From: a virus
Direction: 5' to 3' (one strand)
Length of the DNA stretch: 64,000 bases
IMG/VR virus record: IMGVR_UViG_3300026487_000001
The notes below the pieces were generated by a model that made no database searches, was not told the origin of the DNA, and saw nothing but the letters and a program-made list of their open reading frames with translations. This document shows, piece by piece, positions 62,249-64,000 of this stretch; position 1 is the first letter of the stretch, and every line of letters begins with the position of its first letter. The position numbers and the translations under genes were made by a program.

Positions 62249-62661
62249 TGGCAATGGTTAACGGCAAAATCGTAGGCGCTAAGGCAAAGAAGATCAAAGA
62301 CAGTTTGAAAAAGAAGTCTAAGCCTCTTACCGAGAAAGACACTGAACTCAAGCGTCCTAAGGAAAAGAAAGCCAAGAAAGAAGAGAAGCCGCAAAAGGCC
62401 AAGAAGAAAACTCGTGTAGAGACTTCTGAGCCTGAGCTGTTTCGTATTCAGATTGGCGCACATGGCTTCCTGTCTGTAGATCTCGTCAATGACGATGCCG
62501 GTAACCGTGTCGTGGAAGTGCGTAAGTGGTACAACACCAAGAACGATTCTGAAATCAAGCCCGGTCGTGGTGGCTTTAACATGCAAGCGAAGTCTGCCGA
62601 TATTAAGCTGCTCGCTGCGAAGCTGAAAGCCATTGCGATTGAGCTTGACGCTGAGGGTTAA
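62248..62661 (+). CDS. Lys-rich protein with PC4/Sub1-like ssDNA-binding domain
   Basis: LFRIQIGAHGFLSVDLV..GNRVVEVRKWYNTKNDSEIKPGRGGFNM aligns by eye with the PC4 core [27 protein letters not shown]...EMKPGRKGISL. Confidence 0.6.
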   Translation: MAMVNGKIVGAKAKKIKDSLKKKSKPLTEKDTELKRPKEKKAKKEEKPQKAKKKTRVETSEPELFRIQIGAHGFLSVDLVNDDAGNRVVEVRKWYNTKNDSEIKPGRGGFNMQAKSADIKLLAAKLKAIAIELDAEG

Positions 62662-62663
62662 TC

Positions 62664-64000
62664 ATGTCTGATCAAGCTACTTCTGGTGGCGTAAAGGATC
62701 AAGGTTACTTCGGTATTCTGTTAGACGGCAAAGCACCGCCGTCTATGCCTAACCTTATCCGCTCCGTTCATGTGTACGAAAACACATTTGCATTGCCCTG
62801 CGCTCTGATCATATTCTCTGACCAGACGAACGTATTACGATCCACTCACGCGATTGTAGACGGCACGAAGATAACAATGGTGATGGGTCCTGATCAGGAG
62901 TCAGCGTCTACGCTTACGTTCTCTGTCTATGCAGTCAGGGAGTACGGTGAAGGCGGAACACCAATGCTTAACGTGTTGTGTATTCTCGACGCTCCCGCCT
63001 TCATCTTCGATACGCGTAGCTTTAGCATTCGCGGAACCTCCATTGACGCTCTGAAACAAGTTGCCTCGTTCGGTGGCTTAACGCCTGACTTCGGTGATGT
63101 GCAAACGTCGGATATCATGAACTGGGTATCTGCAACGTGCTCGCCTAAGAAGTTTGCGCATGAGATCGAACAGCATATGTGGATCTCGGAAGAAGCGTTG
63201 CCGAAGATGTTCATTACGGCAGACAAGCGCATGGTCGTGCGTGACATAAACAAACTCTTTGACGAAGACCCTAAGGCGTACTGGCTGTTCAACCATAAGC
63301 CTATTGGCGAATCTCCTCTGTACAATCTGCATGAGTTCCGTCCGAAGTCAATGAGTGGTATCTTTAACGGTATGTCCAACTACGGTGAGAAGCTGTTGTG
63401 GACTGATTCGAGTGGCAAGACGAATGAGCTTGCAACCGTTACCGTTAAGAGCCGCGATCCTCTGAACATTAACAGCGACGTTCGTGGTGATATTGCTGGG
63501 ACACGTAAAGCGTATGCCAGGCCCACCAACGATATAAACATCCATGACAAGTACATGCAGGCATACTACTCGAACAAACGTCAGTCTATGGCGTATACCG
63601 AGACTGCTCGCGCTCTTGTTCTTGGCGGCTGCCCTGAGGTAGACCTGTTTGATATTGTTGACGTATCTGCTGGTGTGATAAACGGTAAGCGTGAAGTTGA
63701 GACTGACATTAAGCTGTCAGGCAAGTGGCTTGTGATTGGTCGTACACGCGTTTACGTTGGTGGCATGTACAGTGAAGCCTTCCTGCTGAGTCGCAACTTT
63801 ACTCCTGTTGAAGGCACGTCAAACATTGGTGGTGGCTCAAACATCATTCAAACGCCATTGTCCACTGTTGCGAATATTCTGCGTCCATTCCAGATCAACT
63901 CGAACATCAAACAGGCGCTCGATGGCTCGAACCCTATCGACTGGCTAGCGCAGACACATAGCCTACAGCTTGACGTTATGCTCGACCAGTTCCAGACTGA
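62664..64000 (+). CDS. Baseplate hub / late-control-D-like protein (partial, runs off the window)
   Basis: ATG at 62664, open to the window end (not in the ORF track because no stop is present). Translation MSDQATSGGVKDQGYFGILLDGK... read by hand without stops. Confidence 0.5.
   Translation, partial: MSDQATSGGVKDQGYFGILLDGKAPPSMPNLIRSVHVYENTFALPCALIIFSDQTNVLRSTHAIVDGTKITMVMGPDQESASTLTFSVYAVREYGEGGTPMLNVLCILDAPAFIFDTRSFSIRGTSIDALKQVASFGGLTPDFGDVQTSDIMNWVSATCSPKKFAHEIEQHMWISEEALPKMFITADKRMVVRDINKLFDEDPKAYWLFNHKPIGESPLYNLHEFRPKSMSGIFNGMSNYGEKLLWTDSSGKTNELATVTVKSRDPLNINSDVRGDIAGTRKAYARPTNDINIHDKYMQAYYSNKRQSMAYTETARALVLGGCPEVDLFDIVDVSAGVINGKREVETDIKLSGKWLVIGRTRVYVGGMYSEAFLLSRNFTPVEGTSNIGGGSNIIQTPLSTVANILRPFQINSNIKQALDGSNPIDWLAQTHSLQLDVMLDQFQT

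Noticed and set aside
1-64000. Search for tRNA/rRNA genes, CRISPR arrays, integrase/repressor modules or IS elements.
   Set aside because: Apart from the intron there are no non-coding gaps long enough. There are no regularly spaced direct repeats with spacers and no recombinase-like ORFs. The only mobile elements seen are the intron with its homing endonuclease, and possibly the free-standing HNH gene at 994.

Overview
All credible genes in this window lie on the + strand (about 65 CDS). Most start codons follow a Shine-Dalgarno-like GGAG/AGGA. Many junctions are ATGA or TAATG overlaps. This looks like a contiguous piece of a large, virulent, contractile-tailed dsDNA phage genome with enterobacterial-like codon usage. 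I cannot name the phage. I saw no rRNA, tRNA, CRISPR array, integrase or lysogeny genes.

Layout:
(i) 1-23.65 kb, replication and host-takeover block. It holds a Lys-rich protein, a small HNH protein, a 1949-aa SNF2-family ATPase and a family-A DNA polymerase (UDG-like domain + 3'-5' exonuclease + polymerase). The polymerase is interrupted by a T4 td-like group I intron carrying an HNH-AP2 homing endonuclease. Downstream are a beta-clamp-like protein, an SF2 DExH helicase, a run of small unknown ORFs, a J-domain protein and a DHH/DHHA1 phosphoesterase.
(ii) 23.7-38.7 kb, a structural block opened by a tail-sheath paralog in its own insulated transcription unit. Modular fiber-like paralogs follow, including a 1336-aa protein with many Ig-like repeats, then a 1378-aa protein.
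(iii) 38.7-45.9 kb: a hyperacidic protein, an NAD-dependent DNA ligase, a protein with a cadherin/Ig-like segment, a GT2-TPR glycosyltransferase and unknown ORFs.
(iv) 45.9-52.3 kb, head module: protease-like protein, HExxH protein, scaffold-like protein with twin zinc ribbons and an acidic tract, decoration-like protein and major capsid protein.
(v) 52.4-64.0 kb, tail module: a second sheath, tube, tube paralog, chaperone-like pair, tape measure with a lysozyme-like domain, LysM-like protein, PC4-like protein and a hub-like protein cut by the window edge.

Regulatory layer: a family of G.U-containing UUCG-type hairpin terminators, plus two over-represented short motifs. CTGTAAATA lies upstream of replication genes. 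TAATTTCA lies upstream of late structural genes.

All product calls come from motif recognition by eye. No database search was possible.
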